From contig CAXXMB010000002.1 of assembly GCA_963668675.2 (NCBI GenBank), positions 832,001-896,000 on the forward strand: a stretch of DNA of 64,000 nucleotides. The letters run 5' to 3'. Of the stretch, positions 62,654 through 64,000 are shown in pieces (the stretch's first letter is position 1; every line of letters begins with the position of its first letter). Both the position numbers and the translations under genes were made by a program. Source of the stretch: an uncultured Desulfatitalea sp. GTDB taxonomy: Bacteria > Desulfobacterota > Desulfobacteria > Desulfobacterales > Desulfosarcinaceae. The notes beneath the pieces were generated by a model. That model saw nothing but the letters and a program-made list of their open reading frames with translations. It was not told the origin of the DNA and made no database searches.

Positions 62654-64000
62654 ATGATGGAAATGAACGACGAAACAGTCGAAAAGGGTATCCGGCTTCA
62701 ACTCATGTTTCTGGCCGTTGTTTTTCCTCTATTGTTTTTTTTGGGGAGTGCGGCATCGGCCGCCGCCAACATTTCTCTCAGTGTGCCAGATGTCATTCAT
62801 CAAGGCGAAGATGTGCCTTTGGAACTGGGCCTGGGCAGCCTGGCAAGCCAGGGGAAGGTTCCGGTGGCTATCACCGTCCGGCTTTTTCCCGATAGCGGCC
62901 CCTCCCGGCAACCCAAGGCACGGTATCACGCTAAAAAGGAGATTGCTGCACCACCAGACGGCCATGCCCACATGGTGATCCCCGGCAGTGCCTTTAGCAG
63001 GCCGGGCCGTTATCTGATCACGGCAGTGAGCGACACGGTGCCCGAAGTTGTGGGCCATGTTGAGTTTCGGGTGAAAGGGTCGACCGGCAGCGAAGAAGTT
63101 TCAAAGCAGCCCGATACGGCTATTCCGCCCGTCTCCGAAATTAATACCCAGGCTTTCTCCCCTGCCACCGATTCAAAGATCGACGCCCTGATCGCCAAGG
63201 GTCGGGCCAATAGCGACCAAAAGAACTACGATCAGGCAGTCTCTCTTTTCAACCAGGCGCTGGCTCTGCAACCCAACCACGTAAAGGCGCTGTATGAGCG
63301 CGGCCGGGCTCAATACAAAGACCAGCGCAAGGAGAAGGCGTTTGCGAATTTCAACCGAGCGCTTGAGATCGATGCCGGTTATGAAGATGCACTCTACTAC
63401 CGCAGTGTCTGCTATACAGATCAAGGCGCCCATGATCTTGCCATCGCCGATGCGTCACACGCCATCCGGGTCAATCCCACATCTTCCTGGAATTATATCG
63501 CACGTGGCAACGCTTATTTCCAATGGGGCCTCGCCACTAAAAATGATGGCACCGCCAAGAGAAAATACTATAAGGCTGCGATAGACGACTTCACCCGCGC
63601 CATCCAGTACAAGCACAAGGAACTGGAAGCCGCTTACAACAACCGGGGGGTGGCGTATCGACACCTGGGGCAATGCCAGAAGGCCATTGCCGATTACACG
63701 CGTGCCATCGAAATCAAAGACAGCGTAGCCCATCACTACGCCAACCGGGCATACTGTTATTGTGAAATAAAAGCCTTTCAGAAATCTCTGGCGGACTACA
63801 ATCGAGCGCTCTCGATAGACCCCCAAAGGATCGGAGATTATGCCGAGCGGGGTCTTGTCTACCGGCAATTGAAACACTATGATACGGCCATTGCCGACCT
63901 GACCTGGGCCATCGAGCATAACATCACTAAAAGCTGGGTCTACGCCAATCGCGGTGCCTGCTACCTGGCCAAAAAGGATTTCCAGGCGGCGATCCGGGAC
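62654..64000 (+). CDS. Exported tetratricopeptide-repeat protein (partial, runs off window end)
   Basis: Open frame from ATG 62654 (absent from the ORF track): hydrophobic N-terminus, then TPRs (AVSLFNQALALQP, AYNNRGVAY, AIADYTRAIEI). Confidence 0.88.
   Translation, partial: MMEMNDETVEKGIRLQLMFLAVVFPLLFFLGSAASAAANISLSVPDVIHQGEDVPLELGLGSLASQGKVPVAITVRLFPDSGPSRQPKARYHAKKEIAAPPDGHAHMVIPGSAFSRPGRYLITAVSDTVPEVVGHVEFRVKGSTGSEEVSKQPDTAIPPVSEINTQAFSPATDSKIDALIAKGRANSDQKNYDQAVSLFNQALALQPNHVKALYERGRAQYKDQRKEKAFANFNRALEIDAGYEDALYYRSVCYTDQGAHDLAIADASHAIRVNPTSSWNYIARGNAYFQWGLATKNDGTAKRKYYKAAIDDFTRAIQYKHKELEAAYNNRGVAYRHLGQCQKAIADYTRAIEIKDSVAHHYANRAYCYCEIKAFQKSLADYNRALSIDPQRIGDYAERGLVYRQLKHYDTAIADLTWAIEHNITKSWVYANRGACYLAKKDFQAAIRD

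Overview
GC-rich bacterial chromosome segment whose gene content suggests a Desulfobacterota (Desulfobacterales-like) anaerobe; the taxon is inferred. The left flank (1-19.6 kb) carries housekeeping and signalling genes: the end of coaX, two PilT-family ATPases, divIVA, proC, ccdA/thioredoxin, two hybrid PAS kinases and a sigma-54-driven acidic lipoprotein. The centre is a ~19.6 kb element (~22068-41640) integrated at tRNA-Ala(CGC). Its core is a P4-type tyrosine integrase, an AlpA-like regulator, a putative wHTH initiator with iteron-like repeats and palindromic operators. Its cargo looks defensive: (i) a type I R-M operon with an embedded FRG-domain protein that ends in a copy of the HsdR C-terminal domain, (ii) a two-gene nuclease module, (iii) a five-cassette integron-type array with decayed attC sites and no intI. 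Just outside the element lie a truncated group IIC intron inserted after the displaced tRNA terminator and two pseudogenes. The right flank holds a LarA-like racemase plus FAD/Fe-S dehydrogenase, a MITE containing a REP doublet, a sigma-54 two-component/TauE operon divergent from a signal-less molybdopterin oxidoreductase-FeS-GltD/NfnB-like operon, a HAD phosphatase, a 1241-aa exported protein with a possible nucleotidyltransferase motif plus MORN-like repeats, and a partial TPR protein. All assignments come from reading motifs; no searches were run.
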